Shown: piece by piece, positions 9,085 through 18,648 of the stretch | How the letters are laid out: each line of letters starts with the position of its first letter | Position numbering within the stretch: the stretch's first letter is position 1 | DNA from: Candidatus Levybacteria bacterium RIFCSPHIGHO2_02_FULL_40_18 | GTDB lineage: Bacteria; Patescibacteriota; Microgenomatia; Levybacterales; GWA1-39-11 | Direction: 5' to 3' | Assembly: GCA_001782235.1 (NCBI GenBank) | Contig: MFOC01000003.1 | Span: 47,851-111,850, forward strand | Length of the DNA: 64,000 nt | The notes under the pieces: generated by a model | What the model was told of the DNA's origin: nothing | The model's input: the letters and a program-made list of their open reading frames with translations, nothing else | Database searches by the model: none | Made by a program: the position numbers and the translations under genes

Positions 9085-10143
9085 ATGAGAACAATATCTT
9101 TCATTATTCCTTGCCATAACGAGGAAAAAAGACTAAATAAAACATTTGCCGCCCTACGCCTTGTTCAGGGCGAGCTTCCTCGTGGAATTCGACTTGCCGA
9201 AGTAATATTCGTAGATGACGGCTCAACCGACAAAACTTTTCCAAAGCTTTCAACTCTCGCACAAGAGAACTCTAGTCTTCCTGTATCTATAGTTTCTTAT
9301 AAAAAGAGGCTCGGAAAAGATAAGGCGGCAAGAGAAGGCATAAAGCATTCCGTTTCAAAGTTCAATCTGATTTTAAAACCCGATATGTCAAACCTCAAAA
9401 AAGAACTTGCTAAACTTTATCATAAACCCAAAAGGTTGAGAAGAAAACCCCCATTAGTTTCAGTCATTATGCCCGTCTATAACTCACAAGAGTATATTGA
9501 TAAGGCAGTTCAAAGTGTTTTAAGTCAAACATTTAAGGATTTTGAGCTTATCATTGTTGATGACCATTCAGCTGATAAAAGTTGGAATATAATCAAAAGG
9601 TATGCCCGAAAATCAAAGAAAATTAAATCTCTCAGAAATCGCAAAAAAATAGGGCTTCCAATTTCTGTCAAACGTGCACTTGAGAAAGCTAGGGGGGACT
9701 ATATCACAAAGATTGAAAGCGATGATCTTTGTTATAAAACGCGTTTTGAGAAACAGGTAAGATACCTTAATAAAAATAGACGGACAGTGGCGGTTGGAAC
9801 TCAATATTTATTTATCAATGAAAGAGGGAGAAAGGTTAATAAAAAGGTATCTCCACCTTTATTTGAGAGGATAAACCAATATATCTATCGTTTTCTACCG
9901 GTTCAACAACCTGCGCTCATGATAGCTAAAAAACGTTTGCCTCGCAATTTTGACTTTTACAATTATGACACGGATTCTTTGGAAGACACAGAGTTAGTTT
10001 ACAAACTTTCAAAATATGGAGAAGTTGAAAATCTACCATACACGCTTCTTAGATATAGACTAGATAACGATTATTCATTGCTTGAAACATTAAGAAAAAT
10101 TTACTTTTTGTTCTTCGTTTCACGCATAAAGGAGACCATATGA
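9085..10143 (+). CDS. Glycosyltransferase family 2 (truncated GT2 domain fused to a full GT2 domain)
   Basis: IIPCHNE..VDDGSTD and VSVIMPVYN..IVDDHSAD. Confidence 0.88.
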   Translation: MRTISFIIPCHNEEKRLNKTFAALRLVQGELPRGIRLAEVIFVDDGSTDKTFPKLSTLAQENSSLPVSIVSYKKRLGKDKAAREGIKHSVSKFNLILKPDMSNLKKELAKLYHKPKRLRRKPPLVSVIMPVYNSQEYIDKAVQSVLSQTFKDFELIIVDDHSADKSWNIIKRYARKSKKIKSLRNRKKIGLPISVKRALEKARGDYITKIESDDLCYKTRFEKQVRYLNKNRRTVAVGTQYLFINERGRKVNKKVSPPLFERINQYIYRFLPVQQPALMIAKKRLPRNFDFYNYDTDSLEDTELVYKLSKYGEVENLPYTLLRYRLDNDYSLLETLRKIYFLFFVSRIKETI

Positions 10144-10370
10144 ATAAAGTTCTATTAAATTCACTGGGAGTTGCAGGATTAATAACCTTGTTAGTATTGG
10201 CCTATGTTGGTTTTGCCCTACTTAACCTTGAGAAAAAACGGGCTGAAAACGAAGCTAGATATCAATGCGCTGTTTCCTCAAAATATGAAATCCGCGACGG
10301 AGACGCAAATGTTTCTTTTCCTGTTAAAGAGGTTTATAAGGAATGTCTTCGCGAGAAAGAAATTGACTAA
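10140..10370 (+). CDS. Small membrane-anchored protein
   Basis: N-terminal TM helix, two Cys; ATGA overlap with the upstream gene. Confidence 0.6.
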   Translation: MNKVLLNSLGVAGLITLLVLAYVGFALLNLEKKRAENEARYQCAVSSKYEIRDGDANVSFPVKEVYKECLREKEID

Positions 10371-10381
10371 TATTAACCCTT

Positions 10382-13300
10382 ATGGAATTTATCAAGCGTT
10401 TTATATTCCCGTTTCTTTTAGTTGTTTTAACAGTTTTTATATCTTTTCTAAACTATACTCCCGGAACCTTTCTTACAGGCTGGGATACTCTTCATCCTGA
10501 GTTTAATTTTGCGCAAAACTTCTCAAATATATTCTTCGGAGTTTTTAGAACCGATCAAGGTTTAGGGGCTGTTGCCGCGCATGCACATATGGCGGAACTT
10601 CCACGCCTAGTCTTATTATGGCTTTTTTCCTTCATCTTTCCTCTCTCATTCCTACGCTACTCTATTATATTTTTGTGTTTCATCCTAGGACCCTTGGGAG
10701 TCTACTTTTTCACGAAACGAGTCCTCAATCTCTACAACAATCTAACAATCGAACAATGGAGCAATTCAATTCCTGCTTTCCTTGCGTCCCTAATCTACAT
10801 CTTTAATCTTGGAACCGTCCAGCATTTTTATGTTCCTTTTGAGATGTTCACAATACAATATGCGGCTCTTCCTTGGCTCTTCTTAACAGCTTTAAGATTT
10901 ATAGAAAAGGGCACGAACTTGGCTCTTTTGTTATTTGCTATCGTAACACTTCTTGCTTCACCCATAGCCTATGCCTCGGTTCTATGGTACGCATACTTTG
11001 CATTTCTACTGTTGTTTCTTATCACATATTCAGTACTAAAACGGCAAAGAAAAGTTCTATTGCGAAGCCTATTCCTCGTCATAACTACCCTCGTCGTCAA
11101 TGCCTATTGGATTCTGCCAAATATGTATTTTTTGGCAAACGGTGCTAGTAATGTTTCCTTGGCCCAAACGAATAAAATTTTTTCAGATGAAGCTTTTCTA
11201 TACAACAAGGAGTATGGAAATATTTTGGATACGGCCATACTTCGAAACTTCTTATTTTCCTGGACGCAATCAAAAGACGTTCATACAACTGAAGACCTCC
11301 TTTCTGCCTGGAAAACGCATCTTAACAATCCTATTACTTTAACTATCGGGTACGCTGTTTTTGTCATAGTCTTGATAGGAATTTTAATCACCTTGATTAG
11401 GAAAAAGTCGATAGGAATAGCGTTTATCCCAGGCTTCCTGTTTTCCCTAATTATGGTTATGAACATGAACCCTCCTTTTGAAACTCTTTTTTCTTTTCTG
11501 CGAGAAACAAGCCCGATCTTTCGTGAAGCTTTAAGATTCCCATTTACGAAATTCTCAATCCTGCTTATGTTTTCTATGAGCTTCTTTTTTGCGGTTTGCT
11601 TGGCGCAAATCTTGAAAGCAGGGCAAAAGATAAAACCAGCCTATCTAAAAAGCGTCCTGCCTTTGGGAATTGCTTTAGTATTTTCAGCAAGTCTTGCATT
11701 TTATGGCGCGCCGATGTTCAAAGGCGAACTTATTAATCGCCAAATGAGAATTGCAATTCCACCTTACTACTTTGAATTATTTGACTATCTTTCCAAAAAA
11801 CCACAAGGTGCGCGCGTTGCCCCCCTACCGCTTCAATCCCTTTGGGGTTGGGAATACTATAACTGGCGCTATCAGGGAGCAGGTTTTATATGGTTTGGAA
11901 TTAAGCAGCCGGTTTTAGCCCGTGACTTTGACCGTTGGAACGCCCCCAACGAGCAGTATTTCCGCGAGATGTCTACTGCTGTCTATTCACGGGACGTAGG
12001 CCAGATTGAGGCCTTAGCTCGCAAATACAGAATTTCATATTTTCTTTTGGATGAAAGCGTTGTTTTTCCGGGCTACAAGCAAAATGCACTTTGGCATTAT
12101 GAGACGCACGATACTTTTAAAAAATCACGCCACATAAAACTTGAGAAACAGTTCGGATATCTTTATCTTTATAAAGTTGATGAATTTTTGACCGGCGAAG
12201 GCTACGTGCAACAACCGCAAAATATAATATCTGTGGCACCGCAAATTACAGGTGGATTTGTTGATCTTGCGACACAAAATCATGGCGATTACATTACTTT
12301 AGAAGAACCGGATTTCACTTATTTTTCGCGCTCTTTTGTTGATCGTTATGATCGAGTAGATCCTGCAAATATCAGTTTCTTAGGAGATAAACTCATCTTA
12401 AGACTTGGTAAGAATAAGGGATATAGCCTTACGGATTCATGGAAGTCTAATGATATTTTTCCCGAGTTTATGAGGAATTCTTATGATTTATCAATTGAAG
12501 AACAGGGCAATCCTTTCATAGTTGATGATGAACAATTCATTTTCTTTCCAGCAACATCAAGTCCTGTTAATGTCTCGGCTTCCCTTGAAGTGCCGGAGAA
12601 CTGTGGAGGAGCTTTACAAAGTTCAAAATCTCGCGTTATAAGACTTACTGACGCGGTTGCCTTCATAGCAAGGAATGGATCATCGTGTGGTTTTATTACA
12701 TTTTCAAGCGCAAAACAGGATTTTGGAAGTATCCTAATAATTGAAGCGAGAAATCTTAAGGGGTTGCCAACAAGACTTTGTATTAGCGAGAATATTACCG
12801 AGAGATGTGGAATTTACACTGCCCTTGACCCTGGAAATTCTTGGAAGAGATATGTTTTCATAATTCCACCCCTACCATCAGGGGGAAGTGGCTATGCAGT
12901 GCATTTCAATACGGTTGGAATCGGCAATGAGGAAAGCGAGAATGAGATCAGGTTCGCACAGCTTATCCAAATTCCTTATTATCGCATCGCAAATCTCTCT
13001 TTTGTTAAGAACGGGTACGTACTCAAAACAAATGGCGTTTCAATTATATCATCGCTTGAGATCAATCCTACTCTCTACACTACTCTTATCTCCGCTAAAA
13101 ATAATGAGGACGGTCTTATTGCCTTGTTCAAGGCCTTTGATCCGGGGTGGCAAGCTTATCAAGTCAATGTCAAATGTCAAATGTCAAATGTCAAATGTTC
13201 GCTTGCTATGGCTCTTCCCTTTTTATTCGGAAGCGAAATTGGCGAGCATGTTGAGGTGAATGGCTGGGCTAACGGCTGGCTCCTAAATTCGATCAATGAT

Positions 13301-13432
13301 CAAAGATCTAAGATCAAAGATCTAATTGTGATCGTCTATCTTCCCCAGTATCTTGAGTATGCTGGATTCGCTATTCTTATAATAACATTTTGTGTATTAT
13401 CGGGTAGAGTTCTTTTAAAGAGGAGTGAATAA
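10382..13432 (+). CDS. Large polytopic membrane protein, probable GT-C type glycosyltransferase
   Basis: Many TM helices in the N-terminal half (GWD, FREALRFPFTKF), extracellular C-terminal half, NGWANGW and a final TM helix. Confidence 0.65.
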   Translation: MEFIKRFIFPFLLVVLTVFISFLNYTPGTFLTGWDTLHPEFNFAQNFSNIFFGVFRTDQGLGAVAAHAHMAELPRLVLLWLFSFIFPLSFLRYSIIFLCFILGPLGVYFFTKRVLNLYNNLTIEQWSNSIPAFLASLIYIFNLGTVQHFYVPFEMFTIQYAALPWLFLTALRFIEKGTNLALLLFAIVTLLASPIAYASVLWYAYFAFLLLFLITYSVLKRQRKVLLRSLFLVITTLVVNAYWILPNMYFLANGASNVSLAQTNKIFSDEAFLYNKEYGNILDTAILRNFLFSWTQSKDVHTTEDLLSAWKTHLNNPITLTIGYAVFVIVLIGILITLIRKKSIGIAFIPGFLFSLIMVMNMNPPFETLFSFLRETSPIFREALRFPFTKFSILLMFSMSFFFAVCLAQILKAGQKIKPAYLKSVLPLGIALVFSASLAFYGAPMFKGELINRQMRIAIPPYYFELFDYLSKKPQGARVAPLPLQSLWGWEYYNWRYQGAGFIWFGIKQPVLARDFDRWNAPNEQYFREMSTAVYSRDVGQIEALARKYRISYFLLDESVVFPGYKQNALWHYETHDTFKKSRHIKLEKQFGYLYLYKVDEFLTGEGYVQQPQNIISVAPQITGGFVDLATQNHGDYITLEEPDFTYFSRSFVDRYDRVDPANISFLGDKLILRLGKNKGYSLTDSWKSNDIFPEFMRNSYDLSIEEQGNPFIVDDEQFIFFPATSSPVNVSASLEVPENCGGALQSSKSRVIRLTDAVAFIARNGSSCGFITFSSAKQDFGSILIIEARNLKGLPTRLCISENITERCGIYTALDPGNSWKRYVFIIPPLPSGGSGYAVHFNTVGIGNEESENEIRFAQLIQIPYYRIANLSFVKNGYVLKTNGVSIISSLEINPTLYTTLISAKNNEDGLIALFKAFDPGWQAYQVNVKCQMSNVKCSLAMALPFLFGSEIGEHVEVNGWANGWLLNSINDQRSKIKDLIVIVYLPQYLEYAGFAILIITFCVLSGRVLLKRSE

Positions 13433-13709
13433 GTAACGAATAGAAGATCACACAAAATATTGTTTGTCAAGAGGGTAATTTAATCTCCCCAAGTTTTCCA
13501 CATTTTCTCTAAGTAATTTAAAACAGTTTGATAATTCAGTCTAAATTGATTATAAAATTACTCTGGGTCTATCATTTTTGGAGCGGAAAAAAGCTATAGG
13601 TTGCATTATTTCGAGATTTTATGCTATACTTTATTCAGTGTCTAAGATTTAAGATTTAAGATTTAAGAAATTGCTTACATCTTACAACTTAAAACTTACA
13701 AACTTGACT

Positions 13710-13877
13710 ATGAAACTTTTAAAGCTCCTCAGGACACAAAAAAAGGCAGGTAACTTAAATATTGCTCGCGCTGGAAAAGTGATTGACTTTTATCAAGATT
13801 CAATTGAAAAAATAGGTAGGGATCAGATTAAAAAGCTGGTCGAAAAGGGTTTGAGCATCCCAGTGTTTACTCTCTGA
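13710..13877 (+). CDS. Small hypothetical protein, 55 aa
   Basis: ATG at 13710 downstream of a TTGCAT...TGcTATACT promoter (13601-13630). Confidence 0.5.
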   Translation: MKLLKLLRTQKKAGNLNIARAGKVIDFYQDSIEKIGRDQIKKLVEKGLSIPVFTL

Positions 13878-14191
13878 CTTGCATCGGGCAGTATAACGCT
13901 GGGATACAAGTGATATCCTTGAGTGCGCGGGGATACAAAAAAGAGCATCGCTTTCGCTACTGTGAAAATAAATCCTTGAGTACGAAAAGCAATGCTCTTT
14001 TAAAAATTAGCTATTAGTCTTTAGGCAGGAAAAGACTAGGCTATGGGGATAAAGCTAGCAAAAGAAAAATCTTTTGTCAAGAAAATCTGACGAAGCAAAA
14101 ATCAGCGATTTAGGCTGTCCATAAAAGATTTTTCATGTCCCAAAAAACATAGCTAAATCCCGATTTGATCGGGATAAATTTGTCTTTTCTA

Positions 14192-14236
14192 AAAAAGGGG
14201 GTAGGAGTGTTGGGCAGGCATTCTTACCCCCTTTTT
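14192..14236. terminator. Bidirectional intrinsic terminator
   Basis: aaaaagggggtaggag...ttcttaccccctttttg. Confidence 0.7.
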
Positions 14237-14308
14237 GTATGGAAACCCCTTTTTGTATTAAACTGTGAAAATTAAGCCATTGCCGGCCCAAATTTTCACG
14301 AATTTTTA

Positions 14309-15106
14309 TTAGTTGCCTGCCGTTTTTATTTTGGAGAAGAGGATTTTGCCGGCGTCTGTTTGAATAATTCGCGAGACTTCTACCTGAACGGTTTTGCCAA
14401 CTGAACTCTTCCCTTGTTCCACGACCAACATGGTGCCGTCGGGTAAATACCCTACCCCCTGATTTAGGCCTTTCCCCTCCTGAACTATTTTTACAAAAAA
14501 CTCCTCACCCGGTAATGCTGTGGTTTTAAGAATGTTGGTCATCTCATAAAGATCAATGGCGCGAACATTTGAGATTTTTGCCTTTTTTGCCAAATTATAA
14601 TCGCACGTAACAATTCTGCCTTTAAATTTTTTGGCATGGTCAATAATTGATTCATCTACCGGCTTTATGAGCTCATCGGGTATTATCTTTACCCTTATCC
14701 CTCGGGTCTTTTTGAACTTTTCAAGCGCATCCATTGCGCGCCGGCCTCGCTCCTTTTTGATAGCGTCTTTTGAATCCGATATATTTTTAAGCTCGGTCAG
14801 CACACTCTCTAAAACTATGAAGTTGCCGTAAAGCGCTCCAATTCTTGCCAAATCAAAAGTCCTCATGTCAATAATTGCCGAAGTATCAAGAAAAACCGCA
14901 TTGTCAATTTTTTTATCTTTTCTAACTTTTTTTGTTCGACGGTGCGGGATTGTGCTAACCACAACCTTCCCCACCTCTTCTGCAATTTGACGAATCACGC
15001 GGGGCGGTAACATTAGATTCTCAAGAACCTCTGATCCAACCGCTCTCGCCATCTCCACCCCGCCGGTTTTACGTTTTAAGTTTTTAGTTTTAAGTTTATC
15101 GCTCAT
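14309..15106 (-). CDS. PIN/TRAM domain protein (YacL-like)
   Basis: FLDTSAIID, RGRRAMD, VTCDYNL, GVGYLPDGTMLVVE; adjacent to radA. Confidence 0.88.
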   Translation of the reverse strand: MSDKLKTKNLKRKTGGVEMARAVGSEVLENLMLPPRVIRQIAEEVGKVVVSTIPHRRTKKVRKDKKIDNAVFLDTSAIIDMRTFDLARIGALYGNFIVLESVLTELKNISDSKDAIKKERGRRAMDALEKFKKTRGIRVKIIPDELIKPVDESIIDHAKKFKGRIVTCDYNLAKKAKISNVRAIDLYEMTNILKTTALPGEEFFVKIVQEGKGLNQGVGYLPDGTMLVVEQGKSSVGKTVQVEVSRIIQTDAGKILFSKIKTAGN

Positions 15107-15127
15107 AGACTTTTTATTATATCACCT

Positions 15128-16618
15128 TCAACTAGAGGCTGATCCGTCTTTGGCGGAAATAATTACATCCTGTAGAAACTTAAATTTCTCACTTGTTATT
15201 ATATTTTTAAATCCAAATTTTTTGGCTTCTTTCATCCGCTGTTTTATGTTACTCACTTCTTTTAGTTCTCCAAGGAGTCCTATCTCTGCTATGGCAACTG
15301 CGTTGATGGGCTTGTTTTTAAATGATGAAACTAGGGCGAGACAAGCAGCCAAATCTCCCGCAGTCTCGGTGATTCTAAGACCTGAGACAACATTCACATA
15401 AACATCAAAACGATCAAGGGGTATTTTTGCATGTTTTTGCATAACGGCAAGAAGAAGTTCGATTCTTGTTGATGCTATTCCGTTTGACACGCGTCGAGGG
15501 TACGAGAGATTTGATGGAACAACTAATGCTTGGATTTCGCAAAGCAATGGCCGCGTGCCCTCCATAACAACCGTAAGGCAAGATCCGGGCACGCGCTTTT
15601 TATTCTTATCCATGAAAAATCCCGAATCACGAACCTCTACAATTCCCCGCTCTTCCATTGCGAAGATCCCGACCTCCGATGAGTCTCCGAATCTGTTTTT
15701 AAATGCGCGCAAAATCCTTGTCGAGCTGTCGGTTTGCCCCGATTTGATCGGGGTTGATGCGCAAGACTCAAGATATAAAACACAATCAACCATGTGGGAG
15801 AGCGACATGGGGCCTGCAACCTCTCCCTCTTTTGTCACGTGTCCGATGATAAAAACAGGGACTCCATTCTTCTTGGCAAAAGAAACAATCCTTGAGGTCG
15901 CGTGTCTAATCTGAGGAAGGGATCCGGCAAAACCCGGCACATTATCGCTTGCCATTGCTTGAATGGAATCAATAATTAATAGATCTGGATTAATTTTTTG
16001 CGCTGCCACAATTACGCTTTCTAGGTTCCCGTTTGAAAAAATAAAGAGATTGTCGCTCTCCTTGACTCCAATTCTTTCTGCGCGAATCTTAATCTGACCC
16101 TCAGATTCCTCCCCGCTCACATACAACACTCTGTTCTCGGTTTTCGGTTTTCGGTTTTCCGTTCCCTGTTTACCTGTTTTCAGTTTGTCTGTTTTTAAAA
16201 CTGAACGACCGACAACTGACTGACTGGAGTCTGACAACTGAGAACTGAGAACCGATAACTGGGAAGCGCCATGAGTGATGTTTTTTGCAAGTTCAAGAAG
16301 AAGTGTGGATTTTCCAACGCCGGGATCTCCGGACAAAAGGACCGCAGAACCGGCCACAATTCCTCCTCCCAAAACCCTATTGAACTCGGAAAATCCAGTT
16401 GAAATTCGAGAAGCGGCTTCACTTTTTACCTTACCAATTTGTATAGGAACGCTTGATGCAAAATCAAGGCTTGTAGATGTTTTTGAAGGAGCTTCAACTT
16501 TAAACTCGGAAAACGTATTCCATGCCTGACACGAGGGACACCTACCGTACCACTTACTCGATTCATAACCACACGCCGAACAAATAAACGCCGTTCTTTT
16601 CATAAATTCAAAAATCAA
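15128..16618 (-). CDS. radA: DNA repair protein RadA/Sms, with repeat insertions (start probably about 16603)
   Basis: CxxC-CxxC zinc finger, GDPGVGKST, KNRFG. Confidence 0.95.
   Translation of the reverse strand: MIFEFMKRTAFICSACGYESSKWYGRCPSCQAWNTFSEFKVEAPSKTSTSLDFASSVPIQIGKVKSEAASRISTGFSEFNRVLGGGIVAGSAVLLSGDPGVGKSTLLLELAKNITHGASQLSVLSSQLSDSSQSVVGRSVLKTDKLKTGKQGTENRKPKTENRVLYVSGEESEGQIKIRAERIGVKESDNLFIFSNGNLESVIVAAQKINPDLLIIDSIQAMASDNVPGFAGSLPQIRHATSRIVSFAKKNGVPVFIIGHVTKEGEVAGPMSLSHMVDCVLYLESCASTPIKSGQTDSSTRILRAFKNRFGDSSEVGIFAMEERGIVEVRDSGFFMDKNKKRVPGSCLTVVMEGTRPLLCEIQALVVPSNLSYPRRVSNGIASTRIELLLAVMQKHAKIPLDRFDVYVNVVSGLRITETAGDLAACLALVSSFKNKPINAVAIAEIGLLGELKEVSNIKQRMKEAKKFGFKNIITSEKFKFLQDVIISAKDGSASS
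16131..16261. repeat. About 130-bp heptamer-repeat palindromic element inserted in frame in radA
   Basis: gttctcggttttcgg...actgagaactgagaaccgataac; similar to the element at 25950-26083. Confidence 0.75.
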
Positions 16619-16706
16619 AAGTCAAAGGTCAAAAGTTAAAGTAAAAAGTGTTAAAAACTTTTAAATTTTGAATTGCAATTTTGAATTTTGCATTTTGACT
16701 TTTGAC
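16607..16706. repeat. Heptamer-repeat inverted element (empty)
   Basis: tcaaaaa/tcaaaag/tcaaagg arm versus ttttgaa/ttttgca/ttttgac arm. Confidence 0.7.
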
Positions 16707-17975
16707 TTATCTGTAGCCGATAGGTATTGCTTTCAGGATTGGCGAGAGGATAATTACGCGGCGCCTACCATCAAAGTCAACAACAACGGCTTCAACGTCC
16801 TGCCCCACATCATATGTTGTGCCGGAAGGAATTTTGTCCGAGGGAATAAATCCATTGACGCCCCCTCCGGGCCGGAGGCCCTCAGGGCCGGAGGCATCTT
16901 CAATTGCAAGGGTTATTCCGCGGGTTTTAACCTCAGTCACCGTTCCGCGAACCTTCTCTTCGACTTTGTATTTGTTTCGAACGTTTGCAAATACATCTTC
17001 TAGTGTCTTTTTAATTGAAAGATTTACTCTTCTATTCGCTGTGTCAATCTCAAGAACTTCTGCCTTTATTTTACCTCCGACTTTATATGATGCCCCTAAG
17101 TTCTCCACGCGCGCATAGGAAATCTCAGATATGTGAACAAATCCTTCGACAACAGCTTCCCCTTTCCCTCCTGGGCCGGAGGCCTGCTCTCTGAGTCCCG
17201 AGGCTCTCCGAGTCGGGGACCGGGCCGGAGGCTCAATTTTTACGAAAAGTCCGTAAGGTGCAACCTCTGTGATCTCAGCTTCTATAATTTCGCCGGGCTT
17301 AAGAAGCGCTTTTATAGAATCGATATTTGTGAGAAAAAAGGTTGCTTTCTCTGAAAAAACGGCTCGTTTTTTAGAACGATCATATTCAAGTATTTTAACT
17401 TTTATTTTTGCGCCCGGACCAATAGATTCTTGGGAAAGTATCTGTGAGGCCGGCAAAAATCCGCGAACTCCTTCTCCTGTCAATGTAAAATATCCGCCAC
17501 GGGTAGGCTCCGCAACTTCAACCTCAAAAGCTTCATCGCGGCGAGCCAAATCTTCAAACTTATTAAAGATAATATCGTCAAGCATTCGACGCAGGGAAAC
17601 AACCGGAAAACCTTCTTCTGATTCTGGCGAAATAACAGTTGCCGTAACGCGGTCCCCAACCTTAAGATTTGCTAATAGATTCTCCAAGTTTTGCTTATCA
17701 AATTCAATTACTAAAGCGTCTCCCTTAGCCCCGATGTCCATTAAAATCTCTTGTGGGGTGAGTTTTTTGATAATACCTGAAACAGCCTGCCCTTTCTGAA
17801 GAACCTGGAAAAACGAGCCTTGTTTGGCCATTAACTCGCCCATCGAGGAAGCTGGCTTCCGAGACCCTGAGCTTGTCGAACGGGTTAACTCAGCCATCGA
17901 GCCCGCAGGCTTGCCCTGAGCTTGTCGAACGGGTTTAGAAGAGTTTTTTGTTTTCGGTTTTAAGTTGTCTACCAC
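16707..17975 (-). CDS. rpsA: 30S ribosomal protein S1-like, four S1 domains, carrying palindromic inserts
   Basis: S1 motifs GVRGFLPASQ, GFVHISEIS, RRVNLSIK. Confidence 0.75.
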   Translation of the reverse strand: MVDNLKPKTKNSSKPVRQAQGKPAGSMAELTRSTSSGSRKPASSMGELMAKQGSFFQVLQKGQAVSGIIKKLTPQEILMDIGAKGDALVIEFDKQNLENLLANLKVGDRVTATVISPESEEGFPVVSLRRMLDDIIFNKFEDLARRDEAFEVEVAEPTRGGYFTLTGEGVRGFLPASQILSQESIGPGAKIKVKILEYDRSKKRAVFSEKATFFLTNIDSIKALLKPGEIIEAEITEVAPYGLFVKIEPPARSPTRRASGLREQASGPGGKGEAVVEGFVHISEISYARVENLGASYKVGGKIKAEVLEIDTANRRVNLSIKKTLEDVFANVRNKYKVEEKVRGTVTEVKTRGITLAIEDASGPEGLRPGGGVNGFIPSDKIPSGTTYDVGQDVEAVVVDFDGRRRVIILSPILKAIPIGYR

Positions 17976-18048
17976 TCATTAACAACCTCATTTCTTAAAA
18001 GTTTCCCCAATTTTAACACATCCGCCTTTTTTTTGCTATAATTCACTT

Positions 18049-18597
18049 ATGAAGGCTTTAACGATTGAGGATATTAATGAAGAGGCTCGCGGAAAAATCT
18101 ATATTCAAGATTATTCTCAAAAACCTACAATTGATGGTGTAAAAATCATCCCGGTCAAAAACTACATCTCGGAGGACGGAGATTTTTCTGAGATACTCCG
18201 AATGGAAAATGGTAAGGCTCAAGGAATCGAAGGTTTTGAAGTAGTCCAAATGAACCGGTCAAGACTTCCCCCCGGCAGTATTAAAGGCTGGCATTTGCAT
18301 TTTGAGCAAGAGGATATTTTTTATTTACCGCCCTCCGATTCTCTTCTGGTTGGGCTTTGGGATCTTAGACGAGATTCAAAAACAAACGGCACTTCAATGA
18401 AAATAACTCTGGGAGCTGGACAATCGTCTCTGCTCTATATTCCGCGCGGAGTCGCACATGGGATGACAAACGTGTCAAATCAAGACATAGAGTTATTCTA
18501 TTTTGTGAATCTCTTGTTTGACGCAAAAAATCCCGATGAAAGAAGATTACCCTGGGATTCGCTCGGTGCCGACTTCTGGCAACCCAAAAGAGATTAA
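18049..18597 (+). CDS. dTDP-4-dehydrorhamnose 3,5-epimerase family (cupin)
   Basis: IKGWHLH..QED, LWDLRRDS, LYIPRGVAHG. Confidence 0.85.
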   Translation: MKALTIEDINEEARGKIYIQDYSQKPTIDGVKIIPVKNYISEDGDFSEILRMENGKAQGIEGFEVVQMNRSRLPPGSIKGWHLHFEQEDIFYLPPSDSLLVGLWDLRRDSKTNGTSMKITLGAGQSSLLYIPRGVAHGMTNVSNQDIELFYFVNLLFDAKNPDERRLPWDSLGADFWQPKRD

Positions 18598-18648
18598 TTT
18601 CCTCTTGAAACCCCACATCCAATTGTTATAATAACTTTTATTCAACTT

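Noticed and set aside
13490-14300. Replication origin
   Set aside because: Only one consensus DnaA box (TTTTCCACA at 13494) plus weak matches, and no dnaA or dnaN nearby.
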